A stretch of 63,471 nt of DNA, the filler included, from Anaerolineae bacterium (GTDB lineage Bacteria; Chloroflexota; Anaerolineae; Epilineales; Epilineaceae), in assembly GCA_029262755.1 (NCBI GenBank). It is 5 parts of 5 records of this genome, joined end to end, with 100 filler letters (N's around TTAATTAATTAA, not from the genome) between each part and the next. Parts side by side here need not be neighbours in the genome. Positions count along the whole stretch, not along the records: positions 13,577 to 26,273 come from JAJCYU010000193.1; positions 26,374 to 40,296 come from JAJCYU010000195.1; 3 more parts are not named here. One strand, written 5' to 3'. Of this stretch, positions 21,118 through 31,471 are shown piece after piece. The translations under genes were made by a program, and so were the position numbers. The notes under the pieces were generated by a model. That model saw only the letters and a program-made list of their open reading frames with translations, searched no databases and was not told the origin of the DNA. Numbering within the stretch: position 1 is the first letter of the stretch; the number at the start of each line of letters is the position of its first letter.

Positions 21118-23055
21118 CTACGGCGCGGTACGTCCGCGCACCGGGGGCCAGTCGCTGCCCCAATCGTGGCGTCCCTTCGGACACTGGAACACGTCCGCGA
21201 TCTCACCGTAGATGTCGGCCAGCTCGTCCGCCCGCGGCGTGATGAACGTACCGCCGTCGGCCGTCGCGCACTCCGCCAACAGCCACGGGTAGACCCAGTC
21301 GATGATGTCGTCGGACTGATCCTGCGTCTTGCCGAAGCCCACCGTGAAGATCCGGATGTCGGTCGCCGCCGCGGCCTTTGCCGCATCGATGACCGTCTCT
21401 TCCGGTCGGTTGGTGTCCGGATGGAACGGAACGCGGTTGGGCAGGCCGTCGGTCAGCATGATCATCACCGCCGTGTTGCCTACCTTGCGCACCGCCGGAT
21501 CCAGCGCCGTCGCACCCATCTGGAAGGCCTTGTCGAGGCGCGTGCCCTCCTGCTGGTACTGCGTGATGGTGTCGAGCGCGCCGATCACGTCGTCCTTCGC
21601 GTTGGTCAGCGACTGCGCGATGCCCGCGTCGTCGTTGAACCACACCACGCCGGCCTGGTCGTGCTGACCCTTGAAGTTCGGCGTGAAGTCCAGGCGATCC
21701 ACAAAGGCCTTCGCCGCGTCCACCACCGCCACCTTCTTGGCGATTCCGTCGTCTGACACACGGTCCATCGAGGTCGACATGTCGATCACGAAGACCACGT
21801 CCACCAGCTTCTCATCGATCGAGCATGCTTCCTTGACCGTGATCGGCAGGTAGATCGGGCCCGGCGTCGGCGTCGGGGTGTTGGTCGGGGTGTTCGTCGG
21901 GGTCACCGTCGGGCCGACCGTCGGTGTGTTGGTCGGGGTCGGCGGAGGCGGCGGCACCGTCGAGGTCGAGAGCGGCCGCGGGTTCAGCACGAGGATGTAG
22001 GGATCGCGGAAGTCGAACGTGCCCTTCCGGCTCTTGTTGTCGGTGAACTCGCCCCACGCACCGTTATTCGTCGGCCAGTGCCCGACCTCCTGCGGCTTCA
22101 CCTTGAAGCTGAAGGTCACGCCCTCGCGCGGCACGAACGAGGTCCGCCACTCAAGCTGGTCGTTGTTCGGACCCGTCGAGTTGGGTGCGGGCTCCGCACT
22201 GCCTTCCACGAGCACCATATTCGGCGGGAGGTTGTCGACCACCTTCAGGCTCTTGAGCAAGATGCTCTGAATCTGGCGGCGGATCTGCTCGAAGACGTTG
22301 GCCAGCTGGCTGGCCGAACGCGCCTCGAAGAAGTAGCGCGGGCTCGTCGCGACCTGGCGCATGCACTGCGCGTCGCAACTGGTGCCTACACAGACGGTGA
22401 TCAGCAGGATGCCCTGCGCCTTGACCTTGCCTGCAGCGGCCTGCACATTGCCGCAGCCCTGGTTGTCCTCACCGTCGGACAACACCACCATGACCTCGCG
22501 GATCGCGTCCGGATCGCCGATTCCCTGGCGGCCCTTCTGCAATACGCGCAGCCCAGCGTTGATGCCCTCGCCGATATTCGTTCCACCCGCCGCGCCGACG
22601 CGTCCGACACAGCCGCTGGCCGTACCGGAGCGGTTGGTCAGCTGGCAGAGGATCTTCGCGGCCGAGTTGAACATGACGACGCCGACCTGCGTGGCCGGGT
22701 TGTCCTTCATGTTCAGGCGCTGTACGAGCTGACGCGCCGCTTTCTTCATTTCGCGGTTCGGCTCACCGGCCATCGAGCCGGATCCGTCGAGCACGAGCAC
22801 GATGTGCAGCGGGAACTGCTCGCCCGCGCACAGCGCCGTAACGGTAAGGGTGATATCGACCGTCTCGCCCAACAGGATGACCTTGGGCGAGGCGTCCTTG
22901 CGGTTGACCGCAACACAGGACGACTCACCGCGACCCTGTGCGGCGGGCGCTTCGGCCGGCGCGGCTGAGACATTCGCCACACCAAGCACAACCAACGAAA
23001 TGCCAAGCACGGCAACGGCCATGGTGGCAGCAATCAAAGATCGGAATCGGCGCAT
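21118..23055 (-). CDS. Secreted protein with two VWA domains and an internal PT linker plus YLP motif
   Basis: GGAGG RBS, signal peptide, MIDAS motifs LDGSGSM and IDMSTSM, PTPTPGPIYLPITVK between the domains. Confidence 0.9.
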   Translation of the reverse strand: MRRFRSLIAATMAVAVLGISLVVLGVANVSAAPAEAPAAQGRGESSCVAVNRKDASPKVILLGETVDITLTVTALCAGEQFPLHIVLVLDGSGSMAGEPNREMKKAARQLVQRLNMKDNPATQVGVVMFNSAAKILCQLTNRSGTASGCVGRVGAAGGTNIGEGINAGLRVLQKGRQGIGDPDAIREVMVVLSDGEDNQGCGNVQAAAGKVKAQGILLITVCVGTSCDAQCMRQVATSPRYFFEARSASQLANVFEQIRRQIQSILLKSLKVVDNLPPNMVLVEGSAEPAPNSTGPNNDQLEWRTSFVPREGVTFSFKVKPQEVGHWPTNNGAWGEFTDNKSRKGTFDFRDPYILVLNPRPLSTSTVPPPPPTPTNTPTVGPTVTPTNTPTNTPTPTPGPIYLPITVKEACSIDEKLVDVVFVIDMSTSMDRVSDDGIAKKVAVVDAAKAFVDRLDFTPNFKGQHDQAGVVWFNDDAGIAQSLTNAKDDVIGALDTITQYQQEGTRLDKAFQMGATALDPAVRKVGNTAVMIMLTDGLPNRVPFHPDTNRPEETVIDAAKAAAATDIRIFTVGFGKTQDQSDDIIDWVYPWLLAECATADGGTFITPRADELADIYGEIADVFQCPKGRHDWGSDWPPVRGRTAP

Positions 23056-23267
23056 CGGTTTCGTTCCTCCGTGTCGGGCCCAGCCTGCGTGTGCTCTTGG
23101 GGAGCGTCGGCGAGGCCCGGCGAATTGTGGACTCATGCACCGATTCGGCGCATGCGGCCCGTGCGGTGCGACCGCCTCAAGCACCCCTATCAACACCCCA
23201 ACCTGTCTTCGCTGACACCCTGACGCGGACTTGGGTTTCACGCGCTCGATCTCCTGGATCGAGCGCT

Positions 23268-23321
23268 TTGACGTTCGCCTGACGTTCGGCTCGCGAGCCC
23301 TTGACGGGCACTCCGTACTCT
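23268..23321 (+). promoter_or_regulatory. SARP/BTAD-type activator direct repeats plus -10 box
   Basis: TTGACGT (23268), CTGACGT (23279), TTGACGG (23301), periods 11 and 22 bp; the last repeat lies 8 nt upstream of TACTCT (23316). Confidence 0.6.
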
Positions 23322-23453
23322 CCGCCCCAGTGGCGCATTCGCCGGTCGATCCGCGACTGCAGCGCCAGGAGCGAGACTCATGTTCGAGGGCAACTAGCAC
23401 GTCGTTTTCCATTCCTTTTCGATTTCGTACCCGGTCCTTTCAGGGAGGCAGTC

Positions 23454-23660
23454 ATGTCCACAAAGCGCAGCTGGCACGAGAGCTTCATGATCCGCATGTG
23501 GGCCGAGCCCGACGGCGGCGACCGCGTCCTTCGCGGCGCGATCCAAAACGTCCAGACGGGCCGCACGACGTATTTCGACTCCACCAACCTCCCGACAGCG
23601 CTCATCGAGCGCTCCGCGTCACGAATCGAAATCGCCCGCGAACGCGCAGGCGCCGCCTAG
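23454..23660 (+). CDS. Small hypothetical protein (SFxxRxW...RGxIxxVQTG type)
   Basis: GGAGG RBS; 68 aa MSTKRSWHESFMIRMWAEPDGGDRVLRGAIQNVQTGRTTYFDS... Confidence 0.7.
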   Translation: MSTKRSWHESFMIRMWAEPDGGDRVLRGAIQNVQTGRTTYFDSTNLPTALIERSASRIEIARERAGAA

Positions 23661-23757
23661 CGCCGCTCGCTCCTCTCATACCCCACGTCCAGATCGGGCC
23701 CGAGCGCCCATTCACCGGTTTCAACCCCGCAGTACCCTTCAAGGAGGTCGGCACCTC

Positions 23758-26273
23758 ATGAACGGCTTGTTCACCAACACGCTGTCCACCAGCACCCTGT
23801 CCACCCAAGTCCACCCGCTGCGACGTTTCGTCGCGATGCCCGCACGCATGGCCCTCTCGGCCTTGCTGCTCGCCGTCGCACTCGTTGCCCACGTCTCCGT
23901 CGCCTACGCGCAGTCGCCGGTTCCCGCACCGTCCTCGCCGGCCAAGCCGGCCATCGCGAGTCCCGAGGGCGCCAGCGCACAGGCCTTCATCCCGGTTCTC
24001 AACTACCTCGGTCAGGACGAGATCTGTGACTCCTGGGTCGAGGCGCAGAACATCGGCGCCGACTTCTCGGCCATGAGCCTCGTCGCCTTCGGCGCGCCTG
24101 GCTTCTGCGCTCCGCAGGCCGCCGGCCCGCTCAAGATCGAGTGCTCCGGTATCCTCAAGCCCGGCTCCGCCTGGAACTTCCTCGGCGCCCAGATCCCCAC
24201 CGGCGCCAAGTCCGCCCAGATCTTCAACTTCACCACCAAGACCCTCTCCGACATCGGCCTCGAGGACGTCCTCGGCTTCGACGACATCGTCTCCGAGTAC
24301 TTCTGTGAGAACGCCTTCTTCGGCCTCGTCGGTGACGCCGACGACTTCCGTCGCTTCAAGCTCGCCTACGACACCGCCGGCACCTTCGCGGGCATCCCGC
24401 TCGACCTCGCCTACGGCGGTCCCATCGCCGTCGAGGTCCTACGACGCTGCGCTTCGCCCGATTCGCCCGGCGTCATCACCTCCAAGTACAACGCGATCTC
24501 CGGCCGCCGTCTCGGTGTCTACGATCCCCTCTTCGGCGGCTTCACCCACTTCGTGCCCCTGCTCTACGCCTCGGCCGCCGGCTTCGAATCCGTCATGTAC
24601 ATCCAGAACGTCGGCCTCGAGTGCTCCACCGTCGAGATCTGGTTCCAGCAGCAGGACACCTGCCTGCGCGCCTCCATCTGCGAGGTCTTCACCCTCGCCA
24701 TGGGTGAGACCTACCAGTGGTCCGCCAGCGAGTGTGTCGGGCCCGGTTGGGTCGGCTCCGCATGGCTGCGCACCTCCCAGCCCATGGCCGTCACCATCGA
24801 CCACGTCGCACCCGGCCTGTTGATGACCTACACCGGCGCCTACGGCTTCCTGCGCTACGCTTTCGACGGCGAGTACACCTACAACCCCGGTTCCCAGGTG
24901 GCCTTCGGTCCCCTCGTCTACTCCGAGTACCAGGGCTGGGACTCCGGTGTCGTCGTACAGAACCTCTCCTCCACCGTCAACGCCAAGGTCAAGGTCTACT
25001 TCCTCGACCGCTCCGGCGACATCATCACCACCCTGGTCGACTGGGTCTGCCCCCGCGGCTCGCAGTCCTTCTACCTGCCCGCCATCGCGGATCTGCCCGG
25101 CAACTGGGTCGGCAGCCTCCGTGTCGAGAGCCAGGAATGGACCACCCCCGGTAGCCCCCTCGTCGAGGCGCCTCCCATCTCCGGCGTCGTCCAGCTCGTG
25201 AAGTACCCCGACATCCAGCGTCTCTCCACCAACGAGGCCATCGCCTACAACCTCCTCCAGGAATACGACGCCTACGACTGGCAGATCGGCAACGACGGCG
25301 GCGGTACCGTCTCCGGCACTTCCGTCCTGGCCATCCCCAGCCTCAACAAGGACCTCAACGCCACCGGCATCACCTCCGAGGTCGCCATCACCAACTTCAT
25401 CCCGGTCCCGGGCTTCACCGACTTCGCCATCTACATCTACGACGCGAACGGCCTGCTCGACTACGTCTGCCAGAAGCTCAACGAAAAGCAGGTTGAGTAC
25501 ATCGACCTCCAGACCTGGGGCTACATCAACAACGGCTTCAAGGGCTCGGCCATCGTCTCCGCCACCTACTGGCACCACCCCGTCTTCGACGCGGACGGCG
25601 ACTTCCTCCGCCACGTCGTCGGCCTCGGCGGTGTCACCATCGAGCGCAACGGCGCCGCGCTCCTCGCCGAGGACCTCCCCGGCGACGAAGCCTCCGGCTC
25701 CCTGGCCTTCCCGGTACACGAGTCCTTCATGTTCATGGGCCTCGAAGCCCCCAACTGCCCCGGCCTCACCCCGGCCGACCGGCCCAACGACTGCCCGCGC
25801 ATCATCGAGTTCCCCTCGGGTGACCTGAGACTGCCCATCATCGACAACACCACCACCGAGCACACCATCAACCTCACCCAGGGCCTCGGCCGACTCAACG
25901 AGACCTGCCAGATCACGGACGTCGACGTCCAACTCGCGGTGGTCCACACCGACATCGGCGACCTCACGGTCGAGTTGCGCCACGCCTTCGAGACCAACGC
26001 AGGCGGCCCCGCCCAGACCGACTCCCAGCTCCTGTCAGGCATCTGCGCCGGCTCCGGCACCCTGGTCACCGAACTCGACGACGACGCCACACGCCCCATC
26101 GGCTCGGTGTGCCCGCCCATCGGCGACATGTTCACCACCTTCGGCGGCCTCAACGTCTTCGACGGCGAGTACCCCGGCGACGACTGGACCCTCCGCATCA
26201 CCGACAACCTCCCCGGCGACAACGGCGAGCTCCGCAACTGGACCATCCAGGTAAGCACCGAGCCCATCCCGTA
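23758..26273 (+). CDS. Large secreted beta-repeat protein with C-terminal proprotein-convertase P domain; candidate S-layer/major surface protein
   Basis: AAGGAGG RBS, signal peptide (AYA-Q), four repeats of hydrophobic-P...S-x-x-x-x-[QT]N, P domain (ITDVDVQLAVVHTDIGDL...WTLRITD), extreme C-ending codon bias; ends at a probable TA(N) stop at the contig edge. Confidence 0.8.
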
Positions 26274-26373
26274 NNNNNNNNNNNNNNNNNNNNNNNNNNN
26301 NNNNNNNNNNNNNNNNNTTAATTAATTAANNNNNNNNNNNNNNNNNNNNNNNNNNNNNNNNNNNNNNNNNNNN
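26274..26373. other. Artificial contig-join linker
   Basis: N44-TTAATTAATTAA-N44. Confidence 0.98.
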
Positions 26374-26786
26374 GCGCGCTGGACGCCGGCGGGATCGTCA
26401 CCGCCGAGCACGTCGAAGAGCGTCTGGGGCACGATCTGCCACGAAAGGCCGAAGCGATCCTTGAGCCAGCCGCACATGCTCGCCTCGCCCCCGTCCGCCG
26501 TCAGGTGCGCCCACAGCCGATCGACCTCGGCCTGGTCGTCGCAGTTCACCTGGAGCGAGATGGCCTCGGTGAAGGGAAACTGCGGGCCGCCGTTGAGGGC
26601 GACGTACTCCTGGCCGGCCAGGCGAAAGGCGATCGTCATGACGGAGCCGGGCGTGGCCGGGCCGGCATCCCCGTAGCGGGCGACGTGGAGCACCTCGCTG
26701 TCCTCGAAGGCCGCGACGTAGTGCGCCACGGCTTCTTCGGCGTTGTTGTCGAACCAGAGGAAGGTCTTGATCTTCTGCGCAGTCAT
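26374..26786 (-). CDS. VOC family protein, PhnB/3-demethylubiquinone-9 3-methyltransferase-like (3' truncated)
   Basis: KIKTFLWFDNNAEEA, ALNGGPQFPFTEAISL, CGWLKDRFGLSWQIVP. Confidence 0.92.
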
Positions 26787-27469
26787 CGAATGGCTCCTAG
26801 TAATCGTCGGAGACCGAACGCGATCACGAGCACGACCATCGCGCCGTACAACACGACGAGCACGGGATGGCGGGTCTCCGAACCGATCGAGAACGCGTGC
26901 AGCCACAGACCGAAGAAGGCCGCGTAGTTGAGAAGGTGGACGCGGCGCCAGACGCGGGGCAGCAGCCGCGGGCCGTAGATGGCCGCCGCGATGGCCGCCA
27001 TGAGCAGATAGAGGCACACCGCGCCGAGCAGGAGCCGGTTGTGGTAGTAGTCGCCCGGCGGTGGGAGGATCACCTTCAGCGGCTCGAACAGGCCGGAGCG
27101 CAGGGTGCGCGCCCAGAGGAAGAGGATCGGGTGGAGCAGGGCCACCGCCAGCGTAGTGCCGCCGAGCGCGCGGTGGAGGCGCAGGAGGGAGGGGCGGCCG
27201 ACCCAGCGTGCGATGGCACGGACGTTCGAGCCCAGCACGAGCTGAAGGAAGAGCAAGACGAACGCGAGGTGACCCGCCGCGCGCATCATGATGTAGGCGC
27301 CTTGGCCGGGCGGATACTGCGCGCTGAAGTAGTGCGACAGGCCGCCGACCTCCGCCCAGAACACGCCGAGCGGCAGGGCGACGAGGAAGAGCGCGCCCGC
27401 CAGCGCGAGCCGCCGGCGAAGAGCGTACGGCACGCCGGGCGGATCGAGCGGGCGCGCGGGGGCCGTCAT
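26783..27469 (-). CDS. Ferric-reductase-like transmembrane protein (MsrQ-like heme-b module)
   Basis: Six transmembrane helices with paired His: LHRALG...LLHP and WRRVHLLNY...WLH. Confidence 0.8.
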   Translation of the reverse strand: MTAPARPLDPPGVPYALRRRLALAGALFLVALPLGVFWAEVGGLSHYFSAQYPPGQGAYIMMRAAGHLAFVLLFLQLVLGSNVRAIARWVGRPSLLRLHRALGGTTLAVALLHPILFLWARTLRSGLFEPLKVILPPPGDYYHNRLLLGAVCLYLLMAAIAAAIYGPRLLPRVWRRVHLLNYAAFFGLWLHAFSIGSETRHPVLVVLYGAMVVLVIAFGLRRLLGAIR

Positions 27470-27703
27470 CGCGTCACGACGGTACGAGGCGCTTGGGGCG
27501 TATGGGGCGAGGGCGGCATCACCGCGTCGGCCCACCGGGGGCGACCATCGATCCTCGTCTCAGCGCTCGGGAGGTCACGGAGCGAGTGCCGAGGCTATGC
27601 GAACCGACGGCGGGACGCCGAACCCAGCGCCGCTCAGGTCGGTCGCCGAATGGTTTTGTCGCTCGCCAACAGGAATCCAAGGCCCGACGGCTCGTAGCCT
27701 CGA

Positions 27704-28222
27704 TCACGGCTCGACCACCGGTTGCGCCTCCCCGGCCACCGCGGCGGCATCCAGCACGCGGGCGAGCGCTTCGAGCGCCTCGGCGTCCGTCATGTCCGGG
27801 TGGACGCCCGCAACGGGCAGCTCCGCGCGCTTCCAGCTGTTGATGCCGAAGCCTTCCGCCAGGCCGACGTTGGGCACGCCGAGGGCCTTGAGCTTGCGCG
27901 CGCCCTCGTAACCGCGGAAGTCCTTGAGGCAGTACGGGATGACCAGATCGGCGTCCGCGAAATCGGCCGCGTCCAGGTCGTTCACGTTGCGCAGCGGGAC
28001 GGACATCGCGCCCGGCACGTGGAACTCCGCGTACTCCTGCGGTTCGCGCACGTCGACCCACAGGACGCGCTCGCCGTCGGCCATCCGGCGGCCGATCTCC
28101 TCGGGCGCCAGCACGTGCAGCTCGTCGCGCCACGCATCGCGCTCGGCGCTCGTGCGGCGCGCGGTGTCCGCGACGGCCGGCGCGACGAGCAAGAGCAACG
28201 CGACGAGCGTGAGGCGCTTCAC
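27704..28222 (-). CDS. Secreted rhodanese-like domain protein
   Basis: Signal peptide, VDVREPQEYAEFHVPGA, active-site loop YCLKDFRG, GFGINSW. Confidence 0.85.
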   Translation of the reverse strand: MKRLTLVALLLLVAPAVADTARRTSAERDAWRDELHVLAPEEIGRRMADGERVLWVDVREPQEYAEFHVPGAMSVPLRNVNDLDAADFADADLVIPYCLKDFRGYEGARKLKALGVPNVGLAEGFGINSWKRAELPVAGVHPDMTDAEALEALARVLDAAAVAGEAQPVVEP

Positions 28223-28884
28223 GAAATTGGGGCGCCCGCGCCGGATTTCTGGGCGCTGCCCGTTCCGGTCTCGAGGTAGCTACGCAGGGAGCCCATCGCC
28301 CATTTCCATCCGCCACGCAGGTCGTCGCGCGATGCCGCGTCCGGCAGCTTGCTGTGCGTGACGCGCACCACGACCCGCCCATCGTCCTTGGGCGCAATGC
28401 CGAACTCCACGACGGAGCCGGACGGATGCTTCGCGTGCTCCCACGTCATCCGGACGCGGCGGGGCGCATCGAGCGCGAGGAAGGTGCCCGCGTCGCCGTC
28501 CGCCGTCTTGTACCGGCCATCGACACGTGCATCGACATCCGCATCGGACGTGAACCATCCGTTCCACCCATCGGCCGTGGTGAGGGCGGCGAAGGCCGCC
28601 TCCGGCGTTGCGTCGATCGTACGGCTGACCGAGAACTCGTAGCCGTCTTTCATCTGGCCGATGTCACGCAGGCCGCGCTCCTGCTCGTAGCGCACCGTAA
28701 GCGTCTGCGACCACCATGCGCCGACACCGTGCGCGTCACGCAGGTGTTTGGCCGCGGCCGTATGACCGTGCTCGGCGACGTCGAACGTATCGAGCACCCC
28801 CAGCCACTCGGGCCACGGGCGTCCGGTCTTTTCAAGGATCGTCTCCTCTTTTACGGCTTGTTCCATGGATCGTGGAGCGGACAT
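28219..28884 (-). CDS. DUF4287-like N-terminus fused to SRPBCC (AHSA1-like) domain
   Basis: EKTGRPWPEW...HLRDAHGV, then SRTIDATPEAAFAALT...GGWKWAMGSLRSYLE. Confidence 0.8.
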   Translation of the reverse strand: MSAPRSMEQAVKEETILEKTGRPWPEWLGVLDTFDVAEHGHTAAAKHLRDAHGVGAWWSQTLTVRYEQERGLRDIGQMKDGYEFSVSRTIDATPEAAFAALTTADGWNGWFTSDADVDARVDGRYKTADGDAGTFLALDAPRRVRMTWEHAKHPSGSVVEFGIAPKDDGRVVVRVTHSKLPDAASRDDLRGGWKWAMGSLRSYLETGTGSAQKSGAGAPIS

Positions 28885-28952
28885 CGTTCAGCCTCCCGCG
28901 GGTAGTGCGTCGAGGGGATAGAGCGTGCGAACCTGCGCCAAGAACACCGTTC

Positions 28953-29804
28953 CTAGAATAGCCGCGCCTGGCGCATGCCTGCACCCGGTTCCAGCTCGAT
29001 GGTGGGAGGGATGCCCGCGGGGACATCGAAAAGCATCAGCGTGCCGGGCTTATGCCGCTCGGCCGCGACGACGCGCACGCCGGCGTGGCGCCGCAGGAGC
29101 GCAAGGCGCACGGCGGCCTCGGCGCGCTCGGGGCTGTTGTTGGCCTCGCTGAGGTGGCACAGGACGACGTGCTCGAGGCGCGGACCGGCAACCGCCGCAA
29201 TGAGTGTTGCCGCCTGGCGGTTGGAGAGATGCCCGTGGCGGGATGCCACTCTCCGCTTCAGGAAACCGGGATAGGGGCCGCGGGCGAGCAGGTCCTCGTC
29301 GTGGTTGGCTTCCAGCACCAGGGCGCTGCAATCGGCCAGGGCGCGGCGCACGACCGGCGTGTCGTCGCCGAGGTCCGTTGCGATGCCCACCGCGAAAGCT
29401 CCCGCTCCGATCCGATAGCCGACGGGCTCACGGGCGTCGTGCTCGACGCGGAAGGCCAATACGTGAGCCATGCCGATCTGGATTGCCTCGCCGTGGACGA
29501 TGGGCGGCGCGTCCACGATCGGCCCGAATAGACGCGTGATGCCCGCGGTGGTGCCCACCGATGCGTGGATGGGAACATCGGGGGCCGCCGCCCGCAGGTC
29601 GGCCAAACCCTTGATGTGATCGGAGTGCTCGTGGGTCAACAGGACGCCGTCGAGCGCACGCGGCGTGCAGTCGAGCGCGGCCAACGCGGCGGTCAGGCGC
29701 TTGATCGGCAGCCCGGCATCGACCAATAGGCGCGTATCGCCCACCTGCACGAAGCAGGCGTTGGCGGACGAGCCGCTGGCCAGGACACGGACGATGGCAC
29801 GCAT
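28953..29804 (-). CDS. MBL-fold metallo-hydrolase (YycJ/WalJ-like)
   Basis: [41 protein letters not shown]. Confidence 0.92.
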   Translation of the reverse strand: MRAIVRVLASGSSANACFVQVGDTRLLVDAGLPIKRLTAALAALDCTPRALDGVLLTHEHSDHIKGLADLRAAAPDVPIHASVGTTAGITRLFGPIVDAPPIVHGEAIQIGMAHVLAFRVEHDAREPVGYRIGAGAFAVGIATDLGDDTPVVRRALADCSALVLEANHDEDLLARGPYPGFLKRRVASRHGHLSNRQAATLIAAVAGPRLEHVVLCHLSEANNSPERAEAAVRLALLRRHAGVRVVAAERHKPGTLMLFDVPAGIPPTIELEPGAGMRQARLF

Positions 29805-29873
29805 GGGAGCAGCGATTGTAGGGCACAATGGACGGCTGAGCCTGCCCGACGCGCCGACCAAGGGAGCGCCGCC

Positions 29874-30503
29874 ATGTTCCACTCGATTCCCGAGCCCATC
29901 CAGGCCCGCATGCACGTGCTGGAAGCCACGGACAGCCGCGACCGCGGCGACGGTACGCCGCGCATGGAGCGCCTGCGGCAGGTGCCGCCGGAGACCGGCC
30001 GTTTCCTCGCGCTGCTCGCCGCCTCCGCGCCGCCCGGACGCGTGGTCGAGATCGGGACGAGCGCGGGCTATTCCGCGCTCTGGCTATCGCTGGCCTGCCG
30101 CGCGACGCGGCGGCGGCTGACCACCTACGAGCTGCTGCCGGACAAGATCGCGCTGGCGCGCGAGACCTTCGCGGCCGCCGAAGTCAGCGACGTCGTCACG
30201 CTCGTCGCGGGCGATGCACTGCTGCACGAGGGTGTCGGAGGCGGGCTCGATCCGATCGGCTTCTGCTTCCTCGATGCGGAAAAGGAAGTCTACGCGGAAG
30301 CCTACGATCTCATCGTGCCCCAGCTCGCGCCGGGCGGCCTGCTCGTGGCCGACAACGCGTTGAGCCATGCCGACGACCTCGGGCCGATGATCGACCGCGC
30401 GCTGCGCGACCCACGGGTCGACACGCTCGTGGTTCCGATCGGGCGTGGCGAGTTGGTCTGCAGACGCACGGACGCCCGGCCGGAGGATGGGCCGGGCGCC
30501 TGA
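29874..30503 (+). CDS. SAM-dependent O-methyltransferase
   Basis: [31 protein letters not shown]. Confidence 0.9.
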   Translation: MFHSIPEPIQARMHVLEATDSRDRGDGTPRMERLRQVPPETGRFLALLAASAPPGRVVEIGTSAGYSALWLSLACRATRRRLTTYELLPDKIALARETFAAAEVSDVVTLVAGDALLHEGVGGGLDPIGFCFLDAEKEVYAEAYDLIVPQLAPGGLLVADNALSHADDLGPMIDRALRDPRVDTLVVPIGRGELVCRRTDARPEDGPGA

Positions 30504-30573
30504 CTCGTGAATCGTGGGTAGGCGGGCGACCGACGCTCGCGCGGCGGCCGCCCGCATCACCCACCCCTAGACA

Positions 30574-31029
30574 CTAGGCTGCTTCGAGGATGTCCTCGAT
30601 ATCGCGTATCACGGCTTCATCGAGGAACGGTATCGTCTCGTCGGCGTCGGCGGCGGCATCGGCCCCCGCTTCGCCTTCGGCCGACGCTTCCGCGGTCGCG
30701 AGGTCGACTTCGACCTCGCCGCCCGCCGCGTTCTCGCCGGCCTCATCGTCATCGTCGGCCGCTACTTCAGCCTCGATGCCGAATACTTCCCTAAGCTGCG
30801 TCGCGGTGGCCTCGATGTCGTCGACGGGCTCGACCGTGGCGACGAAAAACACGTCGAACCACTCTTCCTCGCCATCGTCGCCGTCCTCGAGACCGATGGT
30901 CCGCGAGAGAACTCGAAGCCGCAGTCCGGCTGCTTCGAAGGTCTCCCCGACCTCCGGCTCGAATCCCAGGGCCTTCGCCGCGCGCTTCCGCCCGACGTGG
31001 CCGCCCACGCGCTCACGCTTCTCGGCCAT
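30574..31029 (-). CDS. Hypothetical acidic protein
   Basis: Basic N-terminus and Asp/Glu/Ala-rich C-terminus; coding-like composition. Confidence 0.6.
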   Translation of the reverse strand: MAEKRERVGGHVGRKRAAKALGFEPEVGETFEAAGLRLRVLSRTIGLEDGDDGEEEWFDVFFVATVEPVDDIEATATQLREVFGIEAEVAADDDDEAGENAAGGEVEVDLATAEASAEGEAGADAAADADETIPFLDEAVIRDIEDILEAA

Positions 31030-31471
31030 GCTGCACCCCCCAACAAGGTCCAATCCCGCCGCCGCCGCGCGTTGCCAGCGCCGACGACGAAACCAAATAT
31101 CGCGCGCGCCCAACGGCGCGCCCGTCCAAACTCAAACCGTCCGTACTCCCAACCAAAAACCGTCCAAACTCCAAGCTGCTCAAGAAAACCAAGGTAGGTT
31201 GATCTTAAGTCGTTTCGTGAAGCCCGAGCATTACACGTGCCACAAGCCGGATGTGACATTGATTACGTTGCTGCGCTCCCTCTCGTGACCAGTATCAGCC
31301 ACGTTCCTTGGGAGATCCAACGAACAACGTGATCAATAGGAAAGACGCAGCAGGGCGCGGGGAGGGGACGTCGGACGTCGGCGCATCGCCGAGGATGCCG
31401 TTCTCCGCCGCGTTCGCAGGTTGCCGGTGTCGTTGGACGGCATCGAGAACGTGATCGCTGCCGGCCGAGCC

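Noticed and set aside
24439..25983. 514-aa antisense ORF
   Set aside because: A by-product of the extreme codon bias of the plus-strand gene.
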